A stretch of DNA of 64,000 nt, from assembly GCF_006345805.1 (NCBI RefSeq), contig NC_042999.1, forward strand, positions 126,976,001 through 127,040,000. The letters run 5' to 3'. A program made the position numbers and the translations under genes. Position 1 is the stretch's first letter; every line of letters starts with the position of its first letter. The stretch is from Octopus sinensis (lineage: Eukaryota). The notes under the pieces were generated by a model, which ran no database searches, was not told the origin of the DNA, and saw only the letters and a list, made by a program, of their open reading frames with translations. This document shows, piece after piece, positions 28,385 to 41,522 of this stretch.

Positions 28385-29530
28385 AGGGGCATACGGTGGT
28401 CTTTCTGGCTGGGGAAGCAATGATCAAAATTTTCTGTCAAATAGACATGTTCATATTATATAGCTATTTTTAAAATTAAAAAAAAAATCACAATTAAAAC
28501 TTATGTACTTTATTTAAATGTTAATTCAATCCTTCTCTCTTTCTTGTTGAAATTGTTGATAACATCATTGTAGAAGTTATCATTCTTAATGCTTTTTAAA
28601 ATGGCTTCTTCTATGCCAATTAGAGCTAAACTGCTCAACCTTTCTTGTCCCTGCAAATTTCTTGTATAATTATGAATTCTCCTTAGGTATGAAAAGGAGT
28701 GCTTCACTGTAGCACTTGTTGCTGGTAGTATTAATATTAATTTCAAAGCTTTGTTGACAGAGGTAAAGAATACACACACCACCCACTTTTGGCGTAACAA
28801 AAACTCTAACCCTAAACACCAGGTGTACATATTCCTTACTTTCGCTGCTTCTTTAACGTGGAACAAAGCTTCATCTAATCCACTACTATGGAGTATGTAA
28901 AGTAAATCTTGAACGGATTTTCCTTTTGGTTCAGCCTCTGTACAAGGCAGTAAGTTTGCTTCTTAACTTTTGGCTGTCAAAATGGCCTCCATAAGAATGT
29001 TTAAAGCAAGTTGGAGATGTTTCCTAGACATCGTTATTTTGTTTCATTGGATTGAGAAGTGCTAAAAAATGTAGTTCATTTAAATTTTGAAATTGTATCT
29101 CAATTTGCTCGCAAATTGAATCTATAATTTTGTAGAACAGCTGTCTGTATCTTTCTTCTTCTGTTTCAAACACATTTTGTCTTTTCTTCATTTGAGGATA
29201 AATGCCATCAATTTTAGCTCAAAATTTAGAAAATACATGCTTTTTTTTTTCAAAACTTTCACAATTTCATTTACTTTATGAATACAGTAGGATAAGTCAA
29301 ATGTTTTTTCTGGAAGATGTAAAATGCTGCATTTGTGTAAATAAAAATATCTCCAAACACATTTAACAAAAAATTGAATTCACAATTTTGTAAATTAGAA
29401 TACAACGGCTGGGTGTAGGTATTGCTTTCCGTGTCCCATTTACTTAAATTATCAATGATGTTTAGGAATAAATCAGCAAGTTGCTCATGATATTCATGAA
29501 CTGTTTCGACCAATGAATGATTCCGTCCCG
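28385..29530 (-). mobile_element. Decayed hAT-superfamily transposase remnant
   Basis: LKLILILPATSATVKHSFSYLRRIHNYTRNLQGQERLSSLALIGIE is the hAT C-terminal dimerisation motif (28510-28866). An upstream piece reads CEFNFLLNVFGDIF (29271-29513). Confidence 0.85.
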
Positions 29531-29902
29531 GATTTCTTGGAATTTTTTTTTTTCATTGAATGAATTCTTGTGACATCCTAATATTCTACAAAATCCTTTT
29601 TGGGGTCTGAAAAATGGAGTGGGGTGAGGTGGAAGCCTCAGAAATTTCATCCACCCCCATCCCTATTGATTTTTTCAGGGTTAGGGGTATTAGGGTTAGT
29701 GTTAGGGAAATCTGTCCTGGATTCATTGGAAATTTCTTTTTTTTCCTTAGTGAAAAATTGTGCTGGAGAAAAGATCAATGAAGGTGAAATTTCCAAGGCT
29801 TCCACCTCACCTCACTCCATTTACCAGCCCCCAAAAGGGGTTTTGTAGCATATTAGGATGTCACAGGAATTCATTCAATGAAAAAAAAAGATTTTCCAAT
29901 GA
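29523..29902. repeat. Inverted repeat with about 125-bp arms and a degenerate TTAGGG tract in the spacer
   Basis: 29523-29650 matches the reverse complement of 29776-29902. GGGTTAGGGGTATTAGGGTTAGTGTTAGGG lies at about 29678-29707. Confidence 0.8.
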
Positions 29903-30369
29903 TTTCAGGACAGGGGGAACCTGCCCCCCTTCTGAACAAAAATAAGGGATTTGCAGCATATTATGAGGTCAGGGTACTTGATTCCACACAAAAAATCTGA
30001 GTTTTTTTTTTCTTAGTGAAAATCATGCGGGTGTTACTCTGAAAATTTACCTAAAATATTAGTTGAATAAACGCAGAAGACTACATGCATGTTTTCTTTT
30101 CACCATTTTTCTGATGGAAGCAGAATGTCAACTTGCTTCTCTTTTCTTATGGGTTACATAAGATCATAAGATTATATATATCATAGGTATTACGAATGGG
30201 TAAAAACTTAATCTCAGCGTATAAGTATTTATTAGCATCTAAAACTATTTTTTATCAGCTCTTACTAGAAAAAATTAACTTTTTAACCACACAGCCATGC
30301 CTGCACCTATTTTATATATGTTTTGTATGTATAGGATGTGACTGTTAAATGGTGATAAATATCATAAAT

Positions 30370-30426
30370 CTGTCTATTTCTCTGTCTGTCTGTGTGACTA
30401 TATATCTGTGTGTCTATCTACTTGTG

Positions 30427-30479
<53 letters not shown>

Positions 30480-30869
30480 GTCTATCTATACACACATGTA
30501 TCCTCCTCCTCCTCCTCCTCTGCCTCATCATCATCATCATCATCCTCATCATCATCATCATTCAACCTCTGTTTTCCGTACTGGCATGGGTTGGGGGGTT
30601 TGACAGGAGCTGGCAAGTCTAAAGACTGTGCATGTATATGTGTATCTTTTATCCTTTTATCTTTTGTCTTCTATCTTAAATCTTTTATTTGTTTCAGTCA
30701 TTTGTTTGCAATTTTCCATGAAAACATGTCTGGCCATTGAGCTATTTATGTTCTGTGGGAAATATAACCTTACTCTTGACAACAAGAAGGCCATCCAGCC
30801 ATAGAGAAAATCTATCTGACTTAATGAATTCCATCTGATCCATGCAAGTATAGAAAAGCTGATGTTAAA

Positions 30870-30900
<31 letters not shown>

Positions 30901-31245
30901 CAACAATGACAGTGGCGGAGGCAGTGGGGGTGGATAGAAATGGTGACAACAGCAAGAGCAGCAGTGATAGTAGTCATTATAGGGGTGGTAGTTGTTATCA
31001 TCATCATCATTATCTTCATCACCATCATCATTATTGTCATTGTCATCATCATCATCATTATCATCATCATTATCATCATCATTGTATCGTTATCATTGCC
31101 ATTATCATCATCATCATCATTGTCATTATCATCATCAACATTATCATCGTCATTATCATTGTCATTGTCATTACCATTATCATCATCAACATCATCATAA
31201 TCATCATCATCGTTGTCATCCTCATCCTCATCATCATCATCACCC

Positions 31246-31291
<46 letters not shown>

Positions 31292-31437
31292 TGTTATCAT
31301 CATCATCATCGTCATTGTTATTGTCATCAGCTTATTTTGTTTTGTTTTTCTACAAGTGACTTCAGAGCTGTTTGGTGCCCATAAAGACCTAAGTTCTGCA
31401 TTTTGTTTCAAGCTGGATACAATGATGAGTGTGTGTG

Positions 31438-31509
<72 letters not shown>

Positions 31510-32400
31510 CGTGTGAGTGTGTATGAAGGGAAGTATTTTTTTTTTGCTTCTCTTTTCTTTTTTCATGATTCTGATCCAGAGGAAAACTTGATGCTGGCAC
31601 AGAAATCGTTACCTCCATCACTATTGCCTGCTATAACCCCTATTAACTGCTACTATCACTACTACTTCTTCAACCATCAAGCTACTATTACCACCACCAC
31701 CACCACCACCATCATCAGCTGCACCATGACTTACCTCTACCATCACTGCCACGATACTATTACTTCTACAATGCCATTGCCACTACTACCAGCACCACCA
31801 GTACATCACCACTATCACATTACCATCACTGCCACTATCAAAACTACCACCACAACACTGCAACTATCTATATCACCAACCCTAGCACCACTACTCCCAT
31901 GCTCTCACCACTGTCACAATAATTAATATTACCACCACTACCAACATGAAAACCACCACTACTGCACCCACTGTCGCTACCACCACCACTGCCACCACCA
32001 CCACCATCACTGCTGCCACCACTGCCACTGCTGCCGCCTTAGCCACTGTTGCCACCACCACTACCAACACTGCCACCACTGCCACGTCCACCACCACCAC
32101 CACCATCACTGCTGCCACCACTGCCACTGCTGCCGCCTTAGCCACTGTTGCCACCACCACTACCACCACTGCCACCACTGCCACGTCCACCACCACCACC
32201 ACCACCACCACCATCACTGCTGCCACCACTGCCACTGCTGCCGCCTTAGCCACTGTTGCCACCACCACTACCACCACTGCCACCACTGCCACGTCCACCA
32301 CCACCACCACTGCCACCACTGCCACGTCCACCACCACCACCACCACCACCACCACTGCCATCAAGGTCACCACTGTCACCATCACTGCCACTGCAATCAA
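30370..32400. repeat. 2-kb field of abutting microsatellites (TCTA, CCT, CAT, GAT, GT, ACC) ending in a 99-108-bp higher-order minisatellite
   Basis: The marker GCCGCCTTAGCC recurs at 32033, 32132 and 32240. Confidence 0.9.
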
Positions 32401-32924
32401 AAGATTAATTACATATGTAATATAAATACTTCCCAACGCCCTGAAGGACATTTAAGGACCCATGCTTAGCTTCTGGTTTCATGGTATTAAACACCTTGTC
32501 TTTAGAGCTAGAGTAGGAACTTCTGTATAGTTATGTAACCTACTTAATGTAACAGCCAAATTTGATGTCAAATAGGAAGCTAAAAATAGCAACCAAATTC
32601 CCTCAAATCACACCACACCATACCACCTTAATAAAACAGGGAAGAATATGTTAGATAGTGTAGTCATTGATATACAAATAAATGGGATGGTCAAGGTTAG
32701 AATTCCTTTAATCATGGATAGGTCTGCTTTACCACAAAAGCAGTCAGCAAATTTAACACTATACGTTTCGTATCATACTCTTCAACAGAACTTAATCTTT
32801 ATAACTGTCGCTTACCTCCCTTCTATTATTTTCCCTACTATGTTTTGCGCCCCGCCTCCCTCAGACAGTCTTGCAAACCTTCAACCCCCCCACCCCTCCT
32901 AGTTTCTCTGCCCTTACTCACTTC

Positions 32925-33925
32925 TTTTCTACTCTAGGCACAAGGCCTGAAATTATCGGGGATGGGGCCAGTCAATTAGATCAACCCCAGTATGCAACTG
33001 GTACTTAATTTATCGACCCCAAAAGGATGAAAGGCAAAGTTGACCTCAGCGGAAATTGAACTCAGAACATAAAGACAGATGAAATACCGCTAAGCATTTC
33101 GCCCAGCGTGCTAACGTTTCTGCCAGCTCACCATCTTGCCCTCACTCACTTCTACTACCTCATACTTTGAGGCATCACCGGGATACCTCATCACCACTAT
33201 TTATTTATTTGGGAGCACTGCTGATTCATTTTCACTCTCTTCCCTAAATGTGAGAAGCTAAGTAGCTCCTCTACAAAAAGAACCTGCTCTGCTACCCCCA
33301 TTTCTTTCAAACCCCAGCTAGCATGAAGATATCAACCTCCTCCATAGGTTTTATAAACATTTGAACCACATGGTGACATAACTAGTGCTGGTGGCATGGA
33401 AAAAGTACCCAGCACACACAGTAAAGTGGTTGGTGTTAGGAAGGGCATCCACTCATTTCTTTTTTCTTTTTCCTTGTTGTCTTTTTCTTATTCTTTTGCT
33501 GTTTTGTAAATTACCTGGAGACCTCCCAAGTGCTGGTACCACAAAAGCAAAAGGCACTCAGTATACATGGTAAAGTGATTGATTGGCATTAGGAAGAGTA
33601 TCTGTTGTGGAAACCATACCAAAGCAGCCGCTGGGGCACACTGCAGTCTAGGGACTCATTGGATCCTGTCAAGCTATCAAACCCATGCCAGCATGATGAT
33701 AATAATGATATAAAGGTGGTGAGCTGGCAGAATCGTTAGCACACCAGGCGATATGCTTAACGGTATTCTGTCTGTCTTTATGTTCTGAGTTCAAATTCCA
33801 CCGAGGTCAACTTTGCCTTTCATCCTTTCGGGGCTGATTAATTAAGTACCAGTTGTGTACTGGGGTCAATCTAATCGACTGGTCCCCTTCCCTAAAATTT
33901 CAGACCTTGTGCCTAGAGTAGAAAT
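32925..33925. mobile_element. Two young full-length family B SINEs in opposite orientation (32925-33135 minus; 33714-33925 plus)
   Basis: Both carry the tRNA-like head, the central GCCTTTCATCCTTTCGGGG..GAT..ATTAAGTACCAG block and the GTGCCTAGAGTAGAAA tail. Confidence 0.85.
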
Positions 33926-35544
33926 AGATAATGATATAAAACAGAGACTACATGTTTGAAGTTTTAAATTTTAATGTATCCTTTGGAGAATGAAGAAAGG
34001 ATAACCATAGCCAGAACATTGATTAAAAGCCACAAAGCAAAACGAAGCAAAACAAAGCAAAACAAAAAAGACATACACTAGTATGCCATCCATATTTAAG
34101 TATGCAGAGAGCTTGTTTAGTGAGGTCACACATAAGCATTAAATCAGTTTCTTCTGTGTTTTTAGGTCTCCTTCAGGAAAACTCACCACCACTACCACAA
34201 CCACCATCACCACCACCACCAAACTTGCAAGCTACACCACCACCACCACCACCACCACCAATCATCATCATCATCATCATCATCATTGGCCTGAATTTGC
34301 TCAGATTTTAGTATAATTTACATTTGTTTCTACAGACTTTTTAATAATGATTGGAAATTTTCTAAGAAAAGCCTCAAAGTCTTCATTTATTTTTTCCCCA
34401 GTCACTAATTTCATTAGCAGTCTGTTGAAAAGGATAGTTGTTTATCAGCAGAGTAAAAAGGACCCATGCCAATGCCACATGAAAAAGCACCTGTGCTGGT
34501 GCTACATAAAAAACACCCAGTAAACTCCTGTAAAGTGGTTGGCATTAGGAAGGGCATCCAGCCATAGAAACCAAGTCAAACGTTAGCACACCAGGTAAAA
34601 TGCTTAGTGGTATTTCGTCTGTCTTTACGTTCTGAGTTCAAATTCCACTAAGGTCGACTTTGCCTTTCATCCTTTCGGGGCTGATAAATTAAGTACCAGA
34701 TGTGTACTAGGGTTGATTTAATTGACTGGGTCCCTTCCCCAACATTTCGGGCCTTGTGCCTAGAGTAGAAAATAAAAGAGATGTCTGGAGCCTGGTACAG
34801 CTGTCTGAGTTGCCAGCTCCTGTCAAACTGTTCAGCCCATGCTAGAATGAAAAGCACATTAAATGATGATGATGATGATGTGATGTGTTCACCCTTACTT
34901 TGAATGTTGTTTTGTTGCTGTAGTTCATACCAATCTTTTATCATTTATTTGTTTCAGTCATTAGATTGAGGCCATGCTGGAGCACCATCTAAAAGGGTTT
35001 AGTTGAACAAATTGGCCCAAGCACTAATTTTTCTAAAGTTTGGTACTCATTCTATCAGTCATTTTTGCTGTACCACTAAGTTACAGACATGCAAATTATG
35101 CAACACCAGTTCTCAAGTTGTGGTAAGACACAAGCACAGAAACAAACACAAAACATACACATGCGTACATATATGATGGACTTCAACACAGTTTCCGTCT
35201 ACCAAATTTACTCACAAAGCATTGGTTAACCCAGAGTTACAGTAGAAAACAATTGCTCAAGGTGCAGTGCAGCAGGACTGAACCTAAAACCATGTGGTTG
35301 CAAAGCAAGCTTCTTGAATACATAGTCAAGAACGCATTTTCCTCTTTCTTTTTGCTTTTCTTTTTTATTCTTTTTTTACACTTTTCCAAGGTGTTGTTGT
35401 GTGGTAAGAAGCTTGCTTCTCAACCACATGGTTCAGGGTTCAGTCCCACTGTGTGGCATCTTGGGTCAACCAAAGCCTTGTGAGTATTTAATAGATGAAA
35501 ACTGAAAGAAACATGTCATATATATATATATATATATATGTATT

Positions 35545-35586
<42 letters not shown>

Positions 35587-35589
<3 letters not shown>

Positions 35590-35740
35590 TAAGCAATAAA
35601 GGGTTTAGCAACGAATTGCCTTACCACATACCGAATTTAGAAATAGCAGTCAAAGAGTTATAGCTATTTCTCTTTGACTGCTATTTCTAAATTCGGTATG
35701 TGGTAAGGCAATTCGTTGCTAAACCCTTTATTGCTTAGTA
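35587..35740. repeat. Perfect 71-bp-arm palindrome with 12-nt loop at the end of a (TA)n-embedded element (to about 35853)
   Basis: 35587-35657 is the exact reverse complement of 35670-35740; the loop is TTATAGCTATTT. Confidence 0.95.
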
Positions 35741-35847
35741 TTACTTAAATTTTCCTCGAATGAGGCTTTTACATGCCGAAGACTACTTGGAGTAATTGAT
35801 AATTATTCCAAATTAATTAATTTCACCCTTCATTATTACGGATAACC

Positions 35848-35891
<44 letters not shown>

Positions 35892-36213
35892 TTTTATCTT
35901 TTACATGTTACACCTATTTGACTGCAGCCATGCTGGGGCAATGCTTTGAACAAATAAACCCCAGGACTTATTTGTTAGCTCTAGTACTTATTCTATTGTC
36001 AGCTATTTTGCTGAACTGCTAAGTCATGGGGACATAAACACATCAACACCAGTTGTTAAGTAGTGGTGGGGGATATATATGATGGACTTCTTTCAGTTTC
36101 CGTCTACGAGATCTACTCACAAGGCTTTAGTCAGCCCAAGGCTATAGTAGAAGACACTTGCCCAAGGTGCCATGCAGTAAGACTGAACCAGGAACCATGT
36201 GGTTGGGGAGCAA

Positions 36214-36246
<33 letters not shown>

Positions 36247-37064
36247 CCTATGTGTCTGTTTGCCCTCTCCCCTTGCTTGACAATTGGTGCTGGTGTGTTT
36301 ACATCCCTGTAACTCAGCAGTTTGGCAAAAGAGACTGATAGGATAAGTACCAGGCTTTAAAAAAAACGTAAGTCTTGGGTGCGATATATTTGATGCCAAA
36401 TTCTTCAAGACAGTGCCCCCAGTATGACCTTGGTCTAATGACTGAAACAAGTAAAATATAAAAGATATATGCAACAGTAACAAGGAGAAAATGAAGGAGC
36501 TTTTACACAGTTGTTAAACATGTTAGACATAGCAGCTAATTCTCTCTTAAATCACACCCTACTGAAAAAAAAAGTAGTGACATGTTAGACAAGGTTATCA
36601 AGAATACACTGTGACTAGAAACGAACTAAACAAAGTAGATAGGGTGGTCATAGTTGGGATGTTTTTGATCATATGTTTATTCAATCACAGCCAACTCAGT
36701 GTTAAATAGCAGCAATACATGTTGATTACATAACTGTCCATGTTGCTTACAGTGGGACCTGTTTATAAACAGCTCAGCTAAGGTCAACTTAGCCTTTGGT
36801 TGCTTTTCTAGGATCAATAAAATATTTCCATGTAAAGCATAGGAATATCTTTCCAGCTGTGAAAGGAGTTATTATAGAAGACTAACCCTCAATGACCTGT
36901 TGAAGTATTGAAGATGAGAATGAAGAGACTTTGTTCATATAGATACCCTCTTGCTCTGATGATAACATACTGAAGCTTTACCTCACCATCATCGCTATAC
37001 AGGCATATGTAATTCTTGTTGTTCATTATTGCATACACACTATGTAAAACAATGTACAGGTGTA

Positions 37065-37284
37065 CCCTTTTGTTACTGTATTTATTTTGAGATGCTCTGT
37101 GGTTCTTTCAATTACTTTAAATATAACAAAGAATTTAGTAAAATTACTTGGTTATCATTAAGCTAGTGTTAGGAACATAAATTGTGACTAAGGTTTGGTG
37201 TAAGATTTTAATTCAAAACTTATGAAAACAATACATTTGTACTCAGAACCAGAGCCGGTTTCAGCTGGGTTGGTAACGAAAGGG
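37065..37284. mobile_element. Second piggyBac-type MITE copy
   Basis: CCCTTTTGTTACTG...GGTAACGAAAGGG|TTAA; body homologous to 17664-17884. Confidence 0.8.
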
Positions 37285-37394
37285 TTAACTGGTGCTCATT
37301 ACACTGTTCTGTCTACGTGTTTCTAATGTAACTATTATTCTGATGGGTTTATTGTTTATCTCTTTCTCTGATTGTTTTTTGTTTTATTCTAGAA

Positions 37395-38701
37395 CTAGCA
37401 GTATCGCCCGGCGTTGCTTGGGTTTGTAAGGGAAATAACTATATAAGCATTTTTAGAGAGTTATAGCCAAAAAATAGCAAAAAATGCATTAAAAATGGAA
37501 AAAATATGATGGTAAATTTTTTTTTAAATCGTTGACTCATCGTAGACATTTTTAGAGAGTTACTTCCCTTATATAATAGCGAAAAAATGCATTAAAATGG
37601 AAAAAAAACGATGGTAAATTTTTTTTTAAATCGTAGACTCATGTAGACGCTTTCTTAGCCATTTCTGTTTTGGTGTCTTCAAGCCATTAAGTCGTTGTTC
37701 TAAAAGAACACTGGTCTCCTTGACAACGCATTACGACGTTGATTTCCTTACACTCCCTTCCCCACAGGTGCAGGTGTGAGTGTGGACGCCAACTCCGCCG
37801 CCATCGACACACGAAAAATTATGCATTAAAATGGAATAAAAAATGATGTTAAATTATTTTTAAAATCGTAGACTCATCGTAGACGCGCGCTAATATTCAG
37901 ACGAGCTCGATATGAATCACGACTATAAGCTACCCGAATTTGGTTAAACTGTACCGCAAAATGTGGGAGTAGTTAGGAATCTAAATCGAAGGGGACAGAC
38001 ACTCACACAACTACAGTTTTATATATATAGATATACATAGCGCAATAGTGGTGAGATATGACAGCAAAGAAAAGCATACATTCACTCTCTGCATGCAATT
38101 AGACTCGGAAAGTTCGTGAGGAACCCATTGACCCAATTTGCTGACTTTTCCGATAGCACACAGGTGTCAATGAATGGTTGAATGACCAAATCCAAGCTTC
38201 TCTGCTAGTTCCTCAACAGTTACGATGATATTTTGTTCCACCAGGGTTTTCAGGATGTCCTTGTCGAGTTCTACAGATCTTTCAGGATGAGGCTCGTCTT
38301 CTAGGCTGTAGTTTATGGCTCGGGATTTCTGGAACCACCATTGACACTGCCTTACGCTTATTGTCCAATCCCCATATACTGCATTAATATTTCTTGTACT
38401 TTGCACACATTTATATTCTGTTATTCTTTTATATGTTTCAGCCTTGAGGTTGTGGCCATGCTGGATCATGTGTGTGTCTATCTGTCTGTCTGTCTGTATG
38501 TATATATGTATATGTATGTGTGTGAACAATAATATTTTCAACAGATGTGTTGCAAATGTATCTGATTGTTCTCAAGCTTCAATACTGTGTGTGTGTGTAT
38601 GTGTGTGTGTGTATGTATGTATATGTATGTATGTATGTATATGTATGTATGTATGTATGTGTGTATGTATGTATGTGTGTGTGTATGTATGTGTGTGTGT
38701 A

Positions 38702-38732
<31 letters not shown>

Positions 38733-39173
38733 ATGTATGTATGTATGTATGTATGTATGAGTGTATGTTTACTTTATTACTAATTACTCTCTTCCAAGAA
38801 CATTTTCACTCACTCTTAGCTCTTAGCTTCCCATACATTTTACTCAGGTATCTATCAGCGTCATAGACAGAATACTTTCACTTTAGTCTTCCTCAAATCA
38901 CTCTGTCGCTATTTACTTTCATTTTATTCGTTGCCCACTGTGTGTGTGCGTTTGCGTGTGGTGTAAACCAGACTAAGAAAAGCATTTGACACACACACCA
39001 GAATGTGAGTTTTCTGTAAATTTTGCTTAATTGGAGTTTAAATTTTAAAAACTGGACCTGGCATGACGCGATGCATTGTACTCTTAAAACTGCTAGGTAA
39101 ATTGTAATTGAAGAAATCCTATATTGTAGATTTGTATAACTCCCAAATAAAATCTGCCTTTTATAATAAGAGA
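37395..39173 (-). mobile_element. Composite non-autonomous Helitron with captured cargo (copy 1)
   Basis: Minus strand A|TCTCTTATTATAAAAGG...CCCAAGCAACGCCGGG-CGATACTG-CTAG|T; near-identical to 56672-58490. Contains an inner 637-bp Helitron (37395-38031). Confidence 0.9.
38037..38420 (-). pseudogene. mariner transposase N-terminal fragment carried inside the Helitron
   Basis: STRNINAVYG..TISVRQCQWWFQK...SLEDEPHPER...TVEELAEKLG...GKVSKLGQWVPHEL (WVPHEL motif). Mirrored at about 57465-57848. Confidence 0.9.
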
Positions 39174-39249
39174 TTAAACTTATACATTATTATTATTCTT
39201 CAGTAGTCTTATTTTTATCATGTGCTTTCACTGCACTACTGAGTGCTGC

Positions 39250-39303
<54 letters not shown>

Positions 39304-39361
39304 CATTATTATTATTATCATTATTATTATTATCATTATTATTATTATTATTATTATCATT

Positions 39362-39741
39362 ATTACCTCCACCTTAGTGAAAGTGGAGGTATTGTTTTCA
39401 GTGGTGTTTGTTTGTTGGTTTGTTTGTTTGTCTGTGGACAAGATATCTCAAGAACTGCTGGATGGATTTAGATGAAACTTTCAGGGATGTTTGGCCTCAT
39501 GACCAGCATGAACTGATTAGATTTTGGGATTGATCAGGTACCAGACAAGGAATCTAGATTATTTTTTCCTGTTTTTTTTTACTTAATTTTTGTGAGCGGT
39601 TGGGTTCATTTTTAGTATCCTTGTTTGTGAGAGCAGTTGAATTTATTTCAAATATTCTCATTTTAAAAATCTTCTCTGGCTAATCATTGAGAGGACGTTG
39701 ATGTTGCCTTGGTGGAGGTTTGCGCTCTCTGAATGCTATTG
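39362..39741 (+). mobile_element. Helentron/HINE (DINE-1-like) non-autonomous element
   Basis: 5' ATTACCTCCAC...GTGGAGGT hairpin, (GTTT)n tract, GATATCTCAAGAAC..TGGATGGATTT..ATGAAACTTT body, 3' sub-terminal inverted repeat CCTTGGTGGAGGT plus terminal palindrome GCGCTCTCTGAATGC, in a T-rich target. Confidence 0.8.
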
Positions 39742-39875
39742 TTATTATCTGCTGAGGTTGGCTTTGCTTGTCATCCTTTTGAAGTTAATAAAATAAATAC
39801 CAGTGAACACTAGGGTCAATGTAATCGACTCATTCCCTCCCACAAAACTGCTGCCCTTTTGGTAAAATTTGACAC

Positions 39876-39915
<40 letters not shown>

Positions 39916-39953
39916 GTGAGTGCATTTAGTAGATGGAAACTGAAAGAAGCCTG

Positions 39954-39998
<45 letters not shown>

Positions 39999-40800
39999 GC
40001 GTGGCTGTGTGGTATGAAGCTTGCTTCCCAACCACATAGTTCCAAGTTCAGTCCCACTGCATGGCACCTTGGGCAAGTGTCTTCTGCTGTAGCCTTGAGC
40101 TGACCAAAGCCTTGTAAGTGGATTTGGTAGACGGAAACTGAAAGAAGCATGTCGTATATATACATCTATGTGTGTATGTCTCTGTGTCTGTGTTTGTCCC
40201 CCATCACTGCTTGATAACCAGTGTTGGTGTGTTTATGTCGCCGTAACTTGTGAGGGTGCATGGCTTTGTGGTTAGGGTGTTGCAGTCACAATCTTACAAT
40301 CGTGATTTCAATTCCTAAACTAGGTGGCGCATTGCGTTCTTGAACAAAACACTTCATCTCTTATTGCTCTGTGATCATTTTGACACCTGACGCATGGTAC
40401 ACCATACACCTGTTCAAACTATGTTGATTTGATGGAGAGAGTGAGATAATGGGTGGTGGCATGAACATTTGATCACTATCAACAAATCATTTGTGCAGGT
40501 CATTCAGCAAAAAGCTGAATGCTCATGTGTTGTCTTTGATGAGAGAGTCCATCATCATCATCATTATTATTATTGTTATTATTATTATTATGGTGCCAAG
40601 TTGGAAGAATTGTTAGCATGGTGGGAAAAATGTTTAGCTGCATTTCATCCTTTATTTTTTCTTAGTTCAAATTCCACTGAGGTTAACTTTGCCTTTCATT
40701 CTTTTGAGATCAATGAAATAAGTACCAGTTGGACACTGGGGTCAATGTAATTGGACCTACCTCCTCTCTTGAAATTGCTAGTCTTGTGCCTAAATTTGTG

Positions 40801-41087
40801 TTATAAACCCAAACTCGAATATCAAAGTTTAAAAGGTTTCACGTACAGTCTCTCCAGAGTTTGAATTGCTTCTGAATAATTTTCACATTCACTTATGCGT
40901 TCGTAAATGTCTTTATCTATGTGCGCTATTAAACATCTAAGTTTGCTTTCATCCATGATAGACGGTTCAGCATGAAATGATTCTAAAAATTTTTTTAAGT
41001 TCTGAGCCAATATTTCCATTCTTTCGAAGCTCGACTTAAACTTGGATCAGTGGTGAACAAATTTGATTTTATAAATTTGCTGTCCAT
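40801..41087 (-). pseudogene. LTR-retrotransposon (probably Gypsy-type) gag N-terminal fragment
   Basis: M..FTTDPSLSRASKEWKYWLRT*KNFLESFHAEPSIMDESKLRCLIAHIDKDIYERISECENYSEAIQTLERLYVKP, broken by a frameshift or stop. Confidence 0.75.
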
Positions 41088-41442
41088 TCTCTCTCTCTCT
41101 CTCTCTCTCTAGCTATATTTAGTCGATTAAATTGTTATTTAATTATTATTATTTTTTGGTAAGGTGGTGAGCTGACAGCATCGTTAGCAAGCTGACCAAA
41201 ATGATTAGTCGCACCTTGTCTCTACATTCTGAGTTCAAATTCCTCCAGGATCAACTTTGCCTTTCATCCTTTCGGGGTTGGTAAATTAAGTACCAGTGAA
41301 ATACTGGTGTTGATGTAATCAACTAGTCCCTGCCCCCAAAATTTCAGGCCTTGTGCCTTTAGTAGAAAGGATTATTATTATTATTGGTGGTGGTTGCTGA
41401 TGTTACTATTGTCTATTCCTCAATTCTCTGTCTGTTTGTTTG

Positions 41443-41522
<80 letters not shown>

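Noticed and set aside
29678-29707. Interstitial telomere or chromosome fusion scar
   Set aside because: Only about four degenerate units are present, inside a transposon-like inverted repeat.
35751-35793. CGAATGA-GGC..GCC-GAAG hammerhead-like topology next to the perfect palindrome
   Set aside because: Three core positions deviate (U4, G5, A15.1), so it is not supportable without a family alignment.
37395-39173. Assembly artefact or haplotype duplication as the explanation for the 1.8-kb inverted copy
   Set aside because: The breakpoints fall exactly on Helitron termini at A|T with different flanks, and the copies differ by scattered CpG-type substitutions and indels.
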